A DNA stretch of 64,000 nt from the human T2T-CHM13v2.0 reference genome, Homo sapiens. Made by a program: the position numbers and the translations under genes. Of the stretch, positions 13,438 through 27,007 are shown piece by piece (within the stretch, counting starts at the first letter, position 1; each line of letters opens with the position of its first letter). The notes below the pieces were generated by a model. It saw only the letters and a list, made by a program, of their open reading frames with translations, was not told the DNA's origin and did no database searches. The stretch lies in NCBI RefSeq assembly GCF_009914755.1, contig NC_060932.1; one strand, written 5' to 3'.

Positions 13438-15131
13438 CCCTCATGTAGACAGGTGTGAGATTCACAGAGGCTGCCAGGTGAGTCTCAAGAACCATGTTCA
13501 CTGGGACATCAGGCTGAGGTATCCGGAGGTACTTCCCAGCCTCCAGGAACAACTTCCCTGACCTTTTCTTTCTCAGCTCTGCAAAGATTATATGAGCCCC
13601 TAAGAGTACCTTCTAGATTCAATTTCTGGCTTTATTTCTTTCTGGCGGGGCAAACATTCCGAGCTTTTATGTCCTCCTCTGTAATATGCAGGTAATATTC
13701 TCCCCACATCTGTTCTTTAGGAATCATGAGATATTTACACAAAGGACCCACCACAGTGTTTGGCAAAGTGCAGACATGTGTTAAATATTAACTCATTCCT
13801 CTCCATCTCTGTGTTTCAGAAATATCTGACGCACAGGTGAAGGAAGAAGCGAGTAAACAAAGACACGGTGGCCAGGCTGTTCAGAGGAATTGGTGCCTTC
13901 TTTCATTTGACAATGTCCCAAGGCAGTTCCTTTGTTCAGGACAGATGCTGATGTTTGAGAAGAGGCACACATTACTGGATAAAGAGGCACACATTACTGA
14001 GGAAGGAAGTGTGTGGTTGTGTAAGGAAGTGTGTTGTATTTGCGTACCTCTTTACTGTTATTACGAGATGCAGAGAGCATGCCGGAGGCATCTCCATAAT
14101 ATCACAACTGTCTGAAGCTACTTAGCTGCCAGAAACCTTGGCAGACTTCAGGTTGAATAAGTGCCCATAGTACATTCAATTATTGTTGCAAAGATCATTG
14201 GATGCGAAAGGTCAGAACTGTTTGGGATGCATCTCAGAGTTGATGTAGTTCATCTCTAACTGCTGCTTGATAATCTTTATGCATATATATGCATATTATA
14301 CATGTATTAATCTGCTGATTAATGTGAATAATCTCTTCTTCTCTCCATATATATGTGCAGAGATTAATTAGCAGACTCTGCTAGAGGTCTGCCTTTCCTT
14401 CCACATGTACCTTCCTTCAGGTGCTGGGTTCTGTTGGAAGTTTCTTAAGCCTGAGCCTAGAAGGTCTAGTTATGTGTAGGGAAGTGTTCTTCCCTCAGAA
14501 GAGAAGAGGGATGATAATATTAGCTCCTATTTATCAAGCCTTTTTCCTGTGCCAGCAACACAGTTGAATGCTTTTGCACAACTTCTCTTACTAAATCTTC
14601 CCAAGTTTCTGCAGTAAGTGGGATTATCACTTCCACTCAACAAAGGAAGGAATGGAGACTGGGAGTCACCCATCACTCATCCCAGGTCACTCAGCGAGGA
14701 AGTGGCAGAGTTTAGATTCCAACCAGCCAGCTCGACTCCTAGTTCCTTGTGCTAAACCTCCTCCTTATCCCATGCCCCCCGGCCCATGCAGTGTGGCAAT
14801 GGCTGTGGCCTCAGCAGTTCATGTGTCAGATCTTGGCTTCTATTTGCCATAGGCTTGGTCTGTATCTTTCTATGGGAGGCCCAGGACTTCATAATCAGTT
14901 AGAATCCCTTTTGGTCACATAGTCCCCACAATGGATGTTCTATGTTAGGGTGTGAAAGCTCAGACGCAACATGTGCCACAGGTTTAATTTCAGTGAGCAA
15001 GACTGGCTGGGAGGGGACACCAGCTCATGGCTAGGCTCATCCCTCCTTCAAGAGGGGAGCCCCTTCCCCTTCTGCTCTGGCCAACTGCTGCCAGGCAGAT
15101 GATAGACTCTATGTAAACGAATTGTCCAATT

Positions 15132-15565
15132 ATTTTATTTTATTTGACATATAGAAATTATAGATATTTGTGGTGTACAACATATTTTGAAATATGTATA
15201 CCTTATAGAATGACTAACTTGAGCTAACATGTGCATTACCTCACCTACTTATTATGTGTGGTGAGAATACTTAAAATCTACTATTTTTCAAGTACGCAAT
15301 ACATTGTTATTAACTATAGTCACTATGTTGTATAATAGATCTCTTGAACTTATTCCCCCTTTCTAAATAACATTTTGTATCCTTTAATTAACATCTCCTC
15401 CATCCCCACCCCCAGCTCCTGGTCACCACTACTCTTTGACTCTTTGAGTTTGATTTGTAAAGATTCCACGTATAAATGAGATCATGCAATATTTGTTTTT
15501 CTTGTGCCTGGCTTGTTTTACTTCACGTAATGTCCTACAAGTTCAGCCATGTTATTGCAAATGGA
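15132..15565 (-). mobile_element. L1MA-type 3' end fragment
   Basis: ggtgagaatacttaaaatctact...attaactatagtcactatgttgtataatagatctcttgaac...gattccacgtataaatgagatcatgc. Confidence 0.8.
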
Positions 15566-16614
15566 ATTATCCAACTTTTTCAGAGGAGCCAGAGATCTAG
15601 ATTTTAAAATTTTCCAGTGTTTTAAATGCTGAATGCTTACTCAATTAAAAAAAATCTCTGCCTCCTCTTTCCTTCCAAACAAAGAATCTCGGGACTGGTG
15701 ATTCACTGCTCCATTTAATCATTTGTTTAATGATTTGACAAATGTTTATTCATTGTTTGCTCACTGCTAGGCTTGGGCTAGGCACTGGAGAGTGATGAAG
15801 AGCAAGACAGGGAAGACAGGCAATGTTATAGTAACACTAGTACAGCGTGGTACTCGCCAAAACGGGAAGCAGAGCTGTGGCAGTTTTGCAAGAGTCAGGA
15901 TGCAGCAAGCAGGCTCTTCTCAGTTGTGTTTTGAGAAAGTAGAATATTATTGAGGTTACCGTTATTCACGAGATTTGGAGAATCGTGATGTAAATGTTTA
16001 AGGTGATGGATATCTCATTTACTGTGATTTGATCATCACACACTGTATGTATGTAAGTATCACATGTACCCTCCCAAATATATACAGCCGTGATTTATTA
16101 GTTAAAAAAGAGAAATTTGGAGAATTGTGAATCTGCTTGCAACCTTTTGATTCAGAATTTTAATTCCAACTCTTACGAGAAGGAAGTAGTGAGTCGTAGC
16201 AGGGGGGAAACATGGCTTGTTACATGTTATGATAGCTGTGGCTGCTGTGTAGACAGCAAGGGAGGAAATAAAGGGTGAATTGAGATGAGCCAGTGAGGAC
16301 ACAGTGAGGAGAAGAGGTGAGTCAATATATTGATTTGGCTGCAATGGGATGTGAGATTAAGAGAAGTTGAGATTAGAGAAATAGTTGGCTGTGGATGTGG
16401 GGTTGAGGGAGAAAGATAAATGAAAGAATTCCTGGCCACAAGACTTGCTTTTTGCTGCTTTGGTTGACTTAAGTTTCATTTGTTAGTTTGCATTAAACTT
16501 TGCTGCAAATGACAGAGAACCCCAAACACTGGAGGTGTAAACAAGATAGTGTTATATTTCTGTGCGTTTTAGAAAGAGTCTGTAGATAGCCCAAGGCTGG
16601 CAGGGTACTCTGTG

Positions 16615-17090
16615 CAGTGGTCCCCTACATTTTTGGCACCAGGAACTGGTTTTATGGAAGATAATTTTTCCATGCACCAGGTGGGGGGATGGTTTTGGGA
16701 TGATTCAAGTGTATTATTTCTATCATTATTACATTGTAATAAATAATGAAATAATTATACGACTCACCATAATGTAGAATTGGTGGGAGCCCCGAGTTTG
16801 TTTTCCTGCAACTAGACAGTCCCATCTGGGGGTGATGGGAGACAGTGACAGATCATCAGGCATTAGATTCTCATTAGGAGCACGTAACCTAGATATTTCG
16901 CATGCGCAATTCACAATAAGGTTCATACTCCTATGAGAATCTAATGCTGCCTCTGATCTGACAGGAGGCAGCTCAGGCAGTAGTGTAAACAATGGGGAGT
17001 GGCTGTAAATACAGATGAAGCTTTGCTCTCTCACTGCCAACTCACCTTCTGGTGTGCAGCCTGGTTCCTAACAGGCCACAGACAGGTATC
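16615..17090 (+). mobile_element. MER1A-like hAT-Charlie DNA transposon
   Basis: cagtggtcccctacatttttggcaccaggaactgg...ctgcaactagacagtcccatctgggggtgatgggagacagtgacagatcatcaggcattagattctc. Confidence 0.85.
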
Positions 17091-17145
17091 CTGCTCTACC
17101 AGATAGCCTCAATATCAGGGTCTATGGCAGTATAAAAATATGGTC

Positions 17146-17641
17146 TGTGGTTTCCTCCAAAAAAAAATGGAGCCTAATTCTCCTCTCCTCGAATGTGAGC
17201 TGGACTTAGCAACTTGTTTCTAAAGAATAGGGTGTGGTGGAAAGTGATGATGTGTAACCAAGTTCTAAAAAGACAATGTTATTTCTTCCTTCAATCACGA
17301 GCTCTGGGAGAAGCCAGCTGCCATATTGTGAGGGCGCTCAAGCAGCCCTATGAGGAGGCCCATGTGGCAGGGAACTAAAAAGTCTCTGCCAAAGCTAGGA
17401 GGAAACAGATCTCCTATGTGAGTGAGCCATTGTGGAAGCAGATCCTCCAGCCCCAGGCAATCCTGAGGTTACTGTAGCTGGGGTTGATGTCTTGATGCAC
17501 CCTGTGAGAGTTCCTGAGTCAGAACCACCGAGCTTAGCCTCTTCTGAATTCCTGACTCATGGAAATGGTAAGATGATGAATGTTCTCTCTTTTAAGCCAT
17601 TCAGCTTTGAGGTGATTTGTTACATAGCAACAGATAATACA
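17146..17641 (+). mobile_element. MLT1F/G-like MaLR LTR
   Basis: gagctggacttagcaacttgtttctaaagaatagg...ctctgggagaagccagctgccat..., ending gatttgttacatagcaacagataataca. Confidence 0.75.
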
Positions 17642-18954
17642 TGGTCCAAGACATTCCAGGGTGCAGGATGGAGGGGGAGGAGGAAGGTGAGTTCCTAGAA
17701 GGTGAAACTTGACGCTTTTATTACCTTGCATCAATCAGGACTCAGTCACATGGCTCTACAGCCAGCTGCTGGAGGCCAGGAATGTAGCCTCCATTCTTAA
17801 CACCTTTGCCACCTTTAAAGTGGAAAGAATGGGAACCAGGGAGCAATAAGCAGGCTCCACCACAAGTTGGGAGTGTTTTTTGTTTTCCCTAACAAAGGGA
17901 GCCTTTGTTGATACAAAGAAAGCATTTCCCATCCCTACTTTATGGAGGAGTTGGTCCATTTTTACCCAAAGAGATTGAAATGGTCAAATGCAAGGATCTT
18001 GCCTTTATTATAAGAGAAGAAATACCCTTTCCTTCCAGGAGATGGCAGTAGAGTAAGCGTTAAGTCAGCTGCCTGGCCTTGCCTTAGGTTTGCCTAGAGT
18101 ACGGCACTGGATGGGTTTCTATCCCTGCGATCCCACTTCACACAGACCCAGGTTTGTGACAACTGTGCTTAGCACATCCATGATGGGCTCCACGGACAGA
18201 AAGAAGCCATAAGGGGTTTTGCCGTGATGCTGGGGAAAGTAGGGCAAGGAAGGCCCCTGTAGAAATAATGAGAACATTGCAGGTGGAGGAGCGCAGGGGT
18301 GGGATGAGCTGAGGAGGAGGAGAAACACCGGGAGGAGGTCGGAGGTGGAGGTATTGTCACAGGGAGGCTGTCCCCTCCTGGTGGGCTCTAAAGCAATCAG
18401 ATTGGTTTGGTCATCCCGGTCTGCACTTTCCACTGGGGTGAGATTTGGAGAAAGGACTGCGCGTACTGGGAACAGTGCTCCTGTCCCACCTGCTTCAGGT
18501 CTGTCGGCCCTAACAGCAGGCCCCTCTTTACTCTCCATGTCTGTCTTCATTATGGGCTAAGCACCGGGCAGGGCACTCTCTGACAGCGGAGATTTGCCTT
18601 AGCAGGGAGTAAGTTCAAGTCAGGGGGACCTCCTGGGATGCCTTTTGGCTGATGAACCAAACCGTGCTTTCCAGCTTTCCTCCGTAAGGAAGCTAAAATC
18701 CTACTCTCTGTCTGTCCCTTGTGTCTTACTTCTCTATTAGTTTCTTTCTAACACATGGGGGAAAGATGGGATGAGGGTGGTGATGGCTATTTTAGGTCCC
18801 CAGCAACTTCTAACACCATCCCCAATTTTGTTTAGGGAAAAGAAGTCTTCTGCTGGATAAAGCTGGGTAGAGAAAAGAGAGTCTTTGTGGGGATATTGCC
18901 TGCTTTAGGGATTTGGGACAGAGAAGTTACTTTGTGCCAGGTGCTGGTTAAACA

Positions 18955-19080
18955 CTATATCTATGTCTATATCTCTGTGTCTGTCTCTCTATATAAGTAT
19001 CTATCTGTCTATCTATCCATCTATCTGTCTGTCCGTCTATCTATCTATCTGTCTAATCTATCTGTCTGTCTAGGTATCTA
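18955..19080. repeat. Degenerate (TCTA)n/(TCTG)n tetranucleotide repeat followed by a MIR
   Basis: ctatctgtctatctatccatctatctgtctgtcc... read directly. Confidence 0.85.
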
Positions 19081-20272
19081 TTCTTATTTGTCACAACTCT
19101 ATGAAGCAGATACTACCATTATCACATTATTCATAGAGATGAAGAAATAGATACAAAGAAAGGTTAGGTAAATTGCACAAGGTTACAAAACTAGTAACTG
19201 GATTCTAGTCCAGTTCACCTGACTCCAAAACCCACACACTAGATGATATGGTCTTGTTGGATTCCAGGCAGGTAGGTTTAAAGTCAAATAGGTATTATGG
19301 GAAGGCAAACCAGCATGTCCAGTGCAGGATCTTAATGAGGAATAATTCTGTGTGTGTGCGTGGTGTGTAATTGTGGTGGTAAGGGGTCAGGAGAGCAGGG
19401 AAAAGGAAAAGACAAAAAAGTGGTTGGAGAACCAGCAAGATGTGCCTCAGCTGAGCTAGGATTTAAGGAGTTGTACTCAGCCTGGCTGGGGCAATATTTA
19501 GTAGTATGCTAAGGAAGAGAGGATGAGCTTCTCTACAGAGGATTGGACTTGAGTGCTCATAGGACATCTCTGGGGGTTGCCTTGGCATCAGTTAAGACAT
19601 TTGATCTCCTAGTTCAGGTAAGCGGTCCTCACTTAACACTTAGGTTTGAGAATCATCTGCAGAGGTGGTGGCTGACATCATGGGAAGAAGTATGATTGAG
19701 CATGGGGCGTGTGGAGGGACAAAGCAGGTGAGGATGCAGGAGGAGTCAGGGAACCACAATGAGATGTCTGACTAAGCCAAAGAGGTGTAATCAACACCAG
19801 CAGGGTGTGATGGGCATTATCAGCAGGGAGATGAACCTTATATGGAGGAGGGAGGGGCTGGTTGGCTCAGACACTCCAGAAAGGTCCAGTGTGTGACTGC
19901 ATGTATCTCCAGCTTGGATCTTCCCCTGGACTCTAGACTCACACATCCAGATGTACATTAGGCCTCTCAAACTTGCTTGTCCAAAAGCAAACTGATCATC
20001 CTGTCCCAAGCCTGCTCCTCCTGTTGTCTTCAGGATCTCAGTAAATCCCCCCTGGCTTCTTGTCTTCCATCTCTTGCATTCAATCTATCTTCAAATATTG
20101 TGAACTCAGTGTTTATATATCCAGGTATATCCTGAGTCTGACCACTTTTTGCCACCCCCATGTCAACCAGTCTGGCCCAAGCACATTCTCCAGGTTATCG
20201 CACCAGCCTCTTAACTCATCTCCTGCTTCCATTCTTGCCATATTGCTGTACCACAACATGGCAGACAGATGG

Positions 20273-20607
20273 TGTATTAGTCCATTTTCATACTGCTATG
20301 AAGAGATACCCTGAGACTGGGTAATTTATAAAGAAAAAGAGGTTTAATGACTCACAGTTCCACATGGCTGGGGAGGCCTCAAAATCATGGTGGAAGGCAA
20401 AGGAGGAGCAAAGGCACATCTTGCATGGGAAGATAGTGTGAGCAGGGGAAATGCCCTTTATAAAATCATGAGATCTCATGAGACTTATTCACTCTCATGA
20501 GAAGAGCCTGGGGGAAACTGCCCTCATGATTCAATTACCTCCCACCAGGATTATGGGAGCTACAATTCAACATGAAATTTGGGCGGGGATACAGCCAAAC
20601 CATATCA
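20273..20607 (-). mobile_element. THE1 solo LTR inside an L2
   Basis: tgtattagtccattttcatactgct...cagccaaaccatatca. Perfect TSD GATGG at 20268-20272 and 20608-20612. Confidence 0.9.
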
Positions 20608-22574
20608 GATGGTTGCTGCAAAAGTATAAGTCCAGACATGTGGTTCCTTTGCCCAAAACCCTTGAGTGGTTGCCCATCTCATTCAGAGGAAACCCCTTAA
20701 TAACAGAACTGCAAGGCAGGAGCCAGTGTCCTCCTGGGGGGACAGCCAACAGTTAGAAGGTGCCATGAGGTGAGATAGTGGAATGTTTACAGCCTGGCTG
20801 CTGAAGGGATTGTTTCAAATCCCAGTATTTGCTGGTCCCCACACCTCTCATTTCTTTGCTTAAAAACGATGTAACAATCCCAAGTACAGGTTACCCAAAT
20901 AAAAGGAGATTCATTACTTTTAAGCAAGAACATGCTTATTTCAGTGGAAACTTGGTAGTGTCAGGGGATGCAAATTGCAGATTGTGATATCGTCTGAGAA
21001 CAGTCAGGGTCTTCCTTGCTATGTTGGCACACTCACTGGAGGCTACCTGTCCTTCAGCCTCAGAGTGCTACCAGTAGTGGACACTTCCTCAGAGGCTGGT
21101 GACCAAGGGAAGGCGTCCCAAAGATCCATAAGTTGGGCTACTTCAATAGCTTTTTTATGTTTGGTCACTTTTGCAGAAGAGTAAGCTGTCACTCAAAAGG
21201 ACAGTTGGTCAGTTGTTCACTGGTGACTCCAGGCATGACACACAACTTCCCCTCCAGTTGCTAACAATCTCCACCCCCTGGAAGAGTAGGCAGCTATGGT
21301 GGCACTACAGTTCTTAGGAAAGGCTGAAGTTGGCTACTGCCATCTGCAGCAATTGTTGGTTTTAAAAATGGATCTAGGAGGGAAGGAATTAAGACAACCA
21401 ACAGAATAAGTTTTCCAAGGAATAATGTACCTCTCTTTTTCTTCTCTTGCTGAAATATTTCTTTGGATTGGGAGCCAGGGTCACTTTCTTGGTTATAGAG
21501 AAAACATGAGTGTGCCCAAATCATCCTTTTGAATAGCAGATGCCCAAAGGGCACATATATGTGTGTGAGCACATGTGAGTGCATGCGTGTGTGTGTGTGT
21601 TGGGGGCTGCAGTGCTGCTAAACCTTTGAAGCAGGCCTTGAAGACTTTCACAGAGGAATAGGCAGGGTGAGGCCCTTAAGGAGTGTGGTGAGGGTTTAGA
21701 ATGGATTGCTTTTCTGAGATGTTTCCAAAAATCCTCCATGCAAGAAGAAAGACACATCCCTAATGCAATGGTTTGTGGGTTTTCAGTTCTTCAGACAATG
21801 AAGGGAGTATAGGATGTAGTGTAATGAGTTGAAAATTTTATCATACTTGTAGCTGGGATCAGCATTCTCCCTTGAAGGTAACTCTTTGTTTGGGAAAATA
21901 CTTTGTTAAGTATCTTGGAGTTGAAGATAAGATGTTGGCTGGAGCTCAAGAAAACAAACAGACCAAAAGTTACCTATCAGGGCTGGGTCCTGGCCACCTC
22001 TCTGACCTCCCCTTGCCCTGTGCTCACTTTCTCCAGCTCCACCCAGCCACAGGTCATGCGTGGTCCCACCACACCACAGGGCCTTTGCACCTGCTGTCTG
22101 CCCTGCCTGGAAGACTCTTCTGTAAGACGTCTGATGGCTCACTTCCTTACTTCCTTCGAGTCTTTGCTTAAATTTCATCCAGATCATTTCTAACTAGGCT
22201 TACAAAAATAACACAGCCCTAGTATGCAGGACGTATCTGTGGAGTGGGGTAATGCCCAGTAATTGTTTGTTGAATGGATGCAGGGAAGTTTAAGCTGCTT
22301 GCATGAGAAAATGAGAGGAACTTGATTTTGCTGTCGAAAAGCAGGAGTAGGGGAGAAAGGTGAGAGGGAGCAGAGAAGGGAGGAGGTGGAGACTGTAAGA
22401 TACTGAAGGTGGGCTGGGGACCCTGAAGATAGATGGGGAAGGGTTGTTGAGTGACACTTTATGAAGGGAGGGCCCTAACATTTAACTTGAAGTTATTTTG
22501 TTACGTTGACATTAACCACTCTTCTGTCTCCTCTCTTGAAATACAGGGGAAAGCCTACTACATGCATGAACACT

Positions 22575-22888
22575 TTGTGCTTTGTGCATGTGTGAGGTGT
22601 GTGTGTAAGCTGTGTGTATGAGGGAGTGTGAATGTAAGAGAATGCGTGCGTGTGTGTGAGAGAATGTACATAAAGGTTGGGAGTGTGAGAGAGTATGAGT
22701 GTATGTGTGTGTATTTGTGTATGAGTGTGTGAGTACGTGTGTGTAGAGTGAGTGTGCATGAGCATGTGAGAGTGTATGAGTATGTGAGTGTGTGTGTATA
22801 TATGAGTGTGCATGTATTTATGTGTGAGAGCATAAGTGTAAGCACATATGTGTGAGTGTGAGTGTATGTGTGTGCATGTGTGTATGCA
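22575..22888. repeat. Degenerate (TG)n low-complexity tract
   Basis: gtgtgtatgagtgtgtgag... read directly; it explains the His/Thr-rich ORFs here. Confidence 0.9.
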
Positions 22889-24291
22889 AATTAAGAAAGG
22901 GCTGAGCTTTGTATTGGGTTTTAGCAGTGTGGAGCAGTGATGGGAAACAGAAGTGTGAGGGGTCTGCCTCAGGGGTCTGGGGGTCAGTTTCCACTGAGAT
23001 TTGAATCGATCTCATTCAAGTCCATGGCTTAGGGAAGACTTAAGTAAGCTCCCAGTCACAGGGCTGACTGACTTACAGTAAGCCAATAAAAAGAGATCAG
23101 AACACCCGTGGTGGAGTCAAAATAGGACAAGGAATCAGATACTCTGCATCCCAGCCCTAATTCTATGTCTGTCTGTTGAATCTTGGCCAAATTATTTCTC
23201 CCTCTTTGGGCCTTAGTTCCTTCCTACATAAAATCAAGACTTTGGACCGTGTATGATCTTTAAGCCCTTTTCAGCTTTAACACTCCTTTGGATAGAGTTT
23301 TATAATTTATTTTTATTAATTTTTATGACCCCTCATTTCCTGGCAAATTGGGATAATAATCTGCCTAAGAGCTGTTATGAAGATCAATTGAAATCATATT
23401 TGGAAATGGACTCTGCAAACTGCAATGCATTCTAAAAATGTTAGTTCTCATTATTATGATAATGTCATGATAGGGTCAATGTATTATGAAAAGACTGTGT
23501 TCGAAATCATTATGTCCAAACGGAAACAAATTGTGTTTGAGTCACACTGTCTGTTTTATAAAAGGTAAAGACAGGTGCACGGAGTATACTTGCAATGCTT
23601 TGGATGCTCACCCAATGAACGGAGATGTTATTTTTCTGGGGAGGGAGAAGGCAGGAGGGTGGCTGGAAGTGTGTGGCTGACAGGCAATTAATAATTCCAA
23701 TAGGCTCATGGTGTTATTCTGCAGGGCACCCTGACTCTCGTAACCCATCAATAAAATATTGGGTTCAGTTGTTTGGAGCCCACAGCTAATCTGAGAGCAA
23801 CATTCTCGTTCGGAAATGCTGATTGTCACAGGCACCAGAGTGTCAGAAAAGTCTGTGGGTCTGGAATAAAAATGTCAGGGAAGGAAATGAATTTAAACAC
23901 TCCTTCTCTTACTGCATCCAAAAGGGCAGGGTATGGCCCTGAAATCTGGGTCAGCAGTGGTGGCCCTGGGAAAATTATCTCTCTACCTAAAGGGGAGCGC
24001 CATACAGGGCTGTCTGTTGGGCAGGGCTCCTCTGAAAGATGTCCACTCCGTTCTAGGAGTGGTCCAGACCTCTGACTCAGGGTTCAATCAGCAAGGGTCA
24101 AGTGAAATCCTTCGCAGTTTTTAAAGTGAACCCATGTTTTACTTTTGCTTAACTGTCACTTTTTTCATTATTAAAGTAACACATACTTATTAAAGAATAT
24201 TTTGCAAATACAGACAAGTAAAAAAGACTCAGAAAAATTGCAGATGTTCACTATTTCAATAAAATCACTGTGTGCTTAATAACAGCAACAA

Positions 24292-24592
24292 GGCTGGGCA
24301 CAGTGGCTCATATCTGTAATCCCAGCACTTTGGGAGGCTGAGGTGGGCAAATTGCTTGAGCCCAGGAGTTTGAGACCAGCCTGAGCAACATGGCAAAACC
24401 CTGTCTTTACAAAAATACAAATATTAGCTGGGCATGGTGGCACGGGCCTATAGTCTCGGCTACTCAGGGGGCTGAGATGGGAGAATCACCTGAGCCTGGG
24501 AAGGCTGACGCTGCAGTGAGTGGTGATCTTGCCCCTGCATTCCAGCCTGGGCCACAGAATGAGACCCAGTCTCAAAAGCAAAACAAAACACA
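24292..24592 (+). mobile_element. AluJ element
   Basis: ttgcttgagcccaggagtttgagaccagcctgagcaacatgg is J-type; diverged, with a decayed A/CA tail. Confidence 0.88.
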
Positions 24593-25102
24593 ACACCAGC
24601 CACAATAAGCAGTATTTGAGTGTGGCGCAAGGCCAAGCTAAAGCGCTTGAAATGTATTACTGTCTGTTATCTTTAGGGCAGTCTAATGAAGTGCTGTGGG
24701 CTGACAATCTTGTATCCACAAGTTCAAAATTCAAAGAGCTCTAAAAGCTAAAGTTTGTTTTGTGGCTAATTTGGGAGCAAAACACGAGTCCTATTTAGAA
24801 ACGTTAGTTATGCTACTTGGTGTAAATAGTTATTTGTTTACAACATTAACAGGCTTAATTATTGCACACTGCCTCAGGCCCCTGGAGATGTTTCCTTGTA
24901 CAGGGGTATCTTGGAAATAATGTGGGTTTGGTTCCAGATCAATGCAGTAAAGCAGATATTACAATAAAGTGAATCATGCACATTTTTTGGTTTCCCAGTG
25001 CATGTAAAAGTTATGTTTATACTATACCATAGTCTATAAAGTTTGCAATAGCATTTTGTCTAAAAAACAATGTACCAACCTTAATTAAAAATACTTTATT
25101 GT

Positions 25103-25413
<311 letters not shown>

Positions 25414-27007
25414 TCAAAAATTGCTAACAGTCACCTGAGCCTTCAGTGAGCTGTAATCGTTTTGCTGGTGGAGGGTCTTGCCTTGATGTTGACGGCTGCT
25501 GACTGATCAAGATCATGATTGCTGACAGTTGGGGTGGCTATGGCAGTTTCTTATTTATGCTAAATCCTTTGCTGTCATTTCAACAATCTTCACAGCATCT
25601 TCACCAGGAATAGATTCCATTTCCAGAAACCACTTTCTTTAATCATCCATAAGAAGCAGCTTCTCATCCGTTGAAGTTTTATCATGAGATTGCAGCAACT
25701 CAGTCACATCTTCAGGCTCCACTTCTAGTTCTAGTTCTCTTGCTATTTTCATCACATCTGAAGTTTTGGCCTCCACTAAAGTCTTGAACCCTTCAGAATC
25801 ATCCGTGAGATTTGGATTTGGCTTCTCCCAAACTCCTGTTAATATTGATATTTAGACCTTCTTTCATGAATCATGAATGTTCTTAATGGCTTCTTGAAGG
25901 GTAAATCATTTCCAGAATATTTTCAAGTTATTTTGCCCAGATTCATTGGAGGAATCACTATCTATGGTGGCTATAGCCTTATGAAATATATTTCCTAAAT
26001 GATAATACTTGAAAGTAGAAATTACTCCCTGATCCATGGGTTGCAGAATGTATGTTGTATAAGAAGGCACTAAAATAACATTAATCTCCTTGCACATCTT
26101 CATCAGAGTTCTTGGGTGACCAGGTGCATTGTTCAATGAACAGTAATATTTTGAAAGGAATCTTGTTTTCTGAGCAATAGATCTCAACAGTGGTCTTAAA
26201 ATATTCAGCAAGTCATGCTGTAAACAGATGTGCTGTCATCCAGGCTTTGATGTTCCATTTATAGAAGACAGGCAGAGTGATTTAGCGTAATTCTTAAGGG
26301 CCCTAGGATTTTCACAATGGTAAATAAGCACTGGCTTTAAATTCAAGTCACTAGTTGCATTAGTTCCTAACAAGAGATTCAGATGGTACCTTGAAGCTTT
26401 AAAGCCAGGCATTCACTTCTCTGTCACTATGAAAGTCCTAGTTGTTATCTACTTCCAAAATAAGGCTGTTTCTTCTACACTGAAAATCTGCTATTTATTG
26501 TAGTCGCCTTTATCAGTGATTTTACCTAGATTTTCTGGATAACTTGCTGCCGCTTCTATATCAGGATTTGCTGCTTCATCTTGCATTTTTCTGTTATGGA
26601 GATGGCTTCTTTCCTTAAACCTCAGGAACCGATTTCTGCTAGCTTCAAACATTCTTCTGCAGCTTTCTCATCCCTCTCATCCCTCAGAGAATTACAGAGA
26701 GTTAGGGTCTTGCTCTGGATTAGGTTTTTGCTTAAAGAAATATTGTAGCTGGTTTGATTTTCTATCTAGACCACTAAAGATTTCTCTATATCAGCAATAG
26801 GGCTCTTTCACTTATTTATTTTTTATCATTCCTGTGTTCACTGGAGGAGCACTTTTAATTTCCTTCAATAATGTTTCATTTGCACTCATGACTTGGCTGT
26901 TTGGTGCAAGAGGGCTAGATTTTCAGCTTGTCTTGGCTTTAGATGTGTCATCCTCACTAAGCTTAATTATTTCTAGCTTTTGATTTAAAGGGAGAGATGT
27001 GAGGCTC

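Noticed and set aside
13961-13999. Direct repeat agaggcacacattactg with period 22 (similarly tctgatcaagtt at ~34689-34717)
   Set aside because: Two-copy slippage duplications; no array or spacer structure, so not CRISPR-like.
18119-18560. 143-aa ORF in a GA-rich, mildly CpG-containing region
   Set aside because: No recognisable domain or convincing exon structure, and too CpG-poor for an island.
25906-26211. Transposase-like ORF (QPMDQG motif)
   Set aside because: A fragment of a dead Tigger1 interrupted by insertions, not a domesticated TIGD gene.
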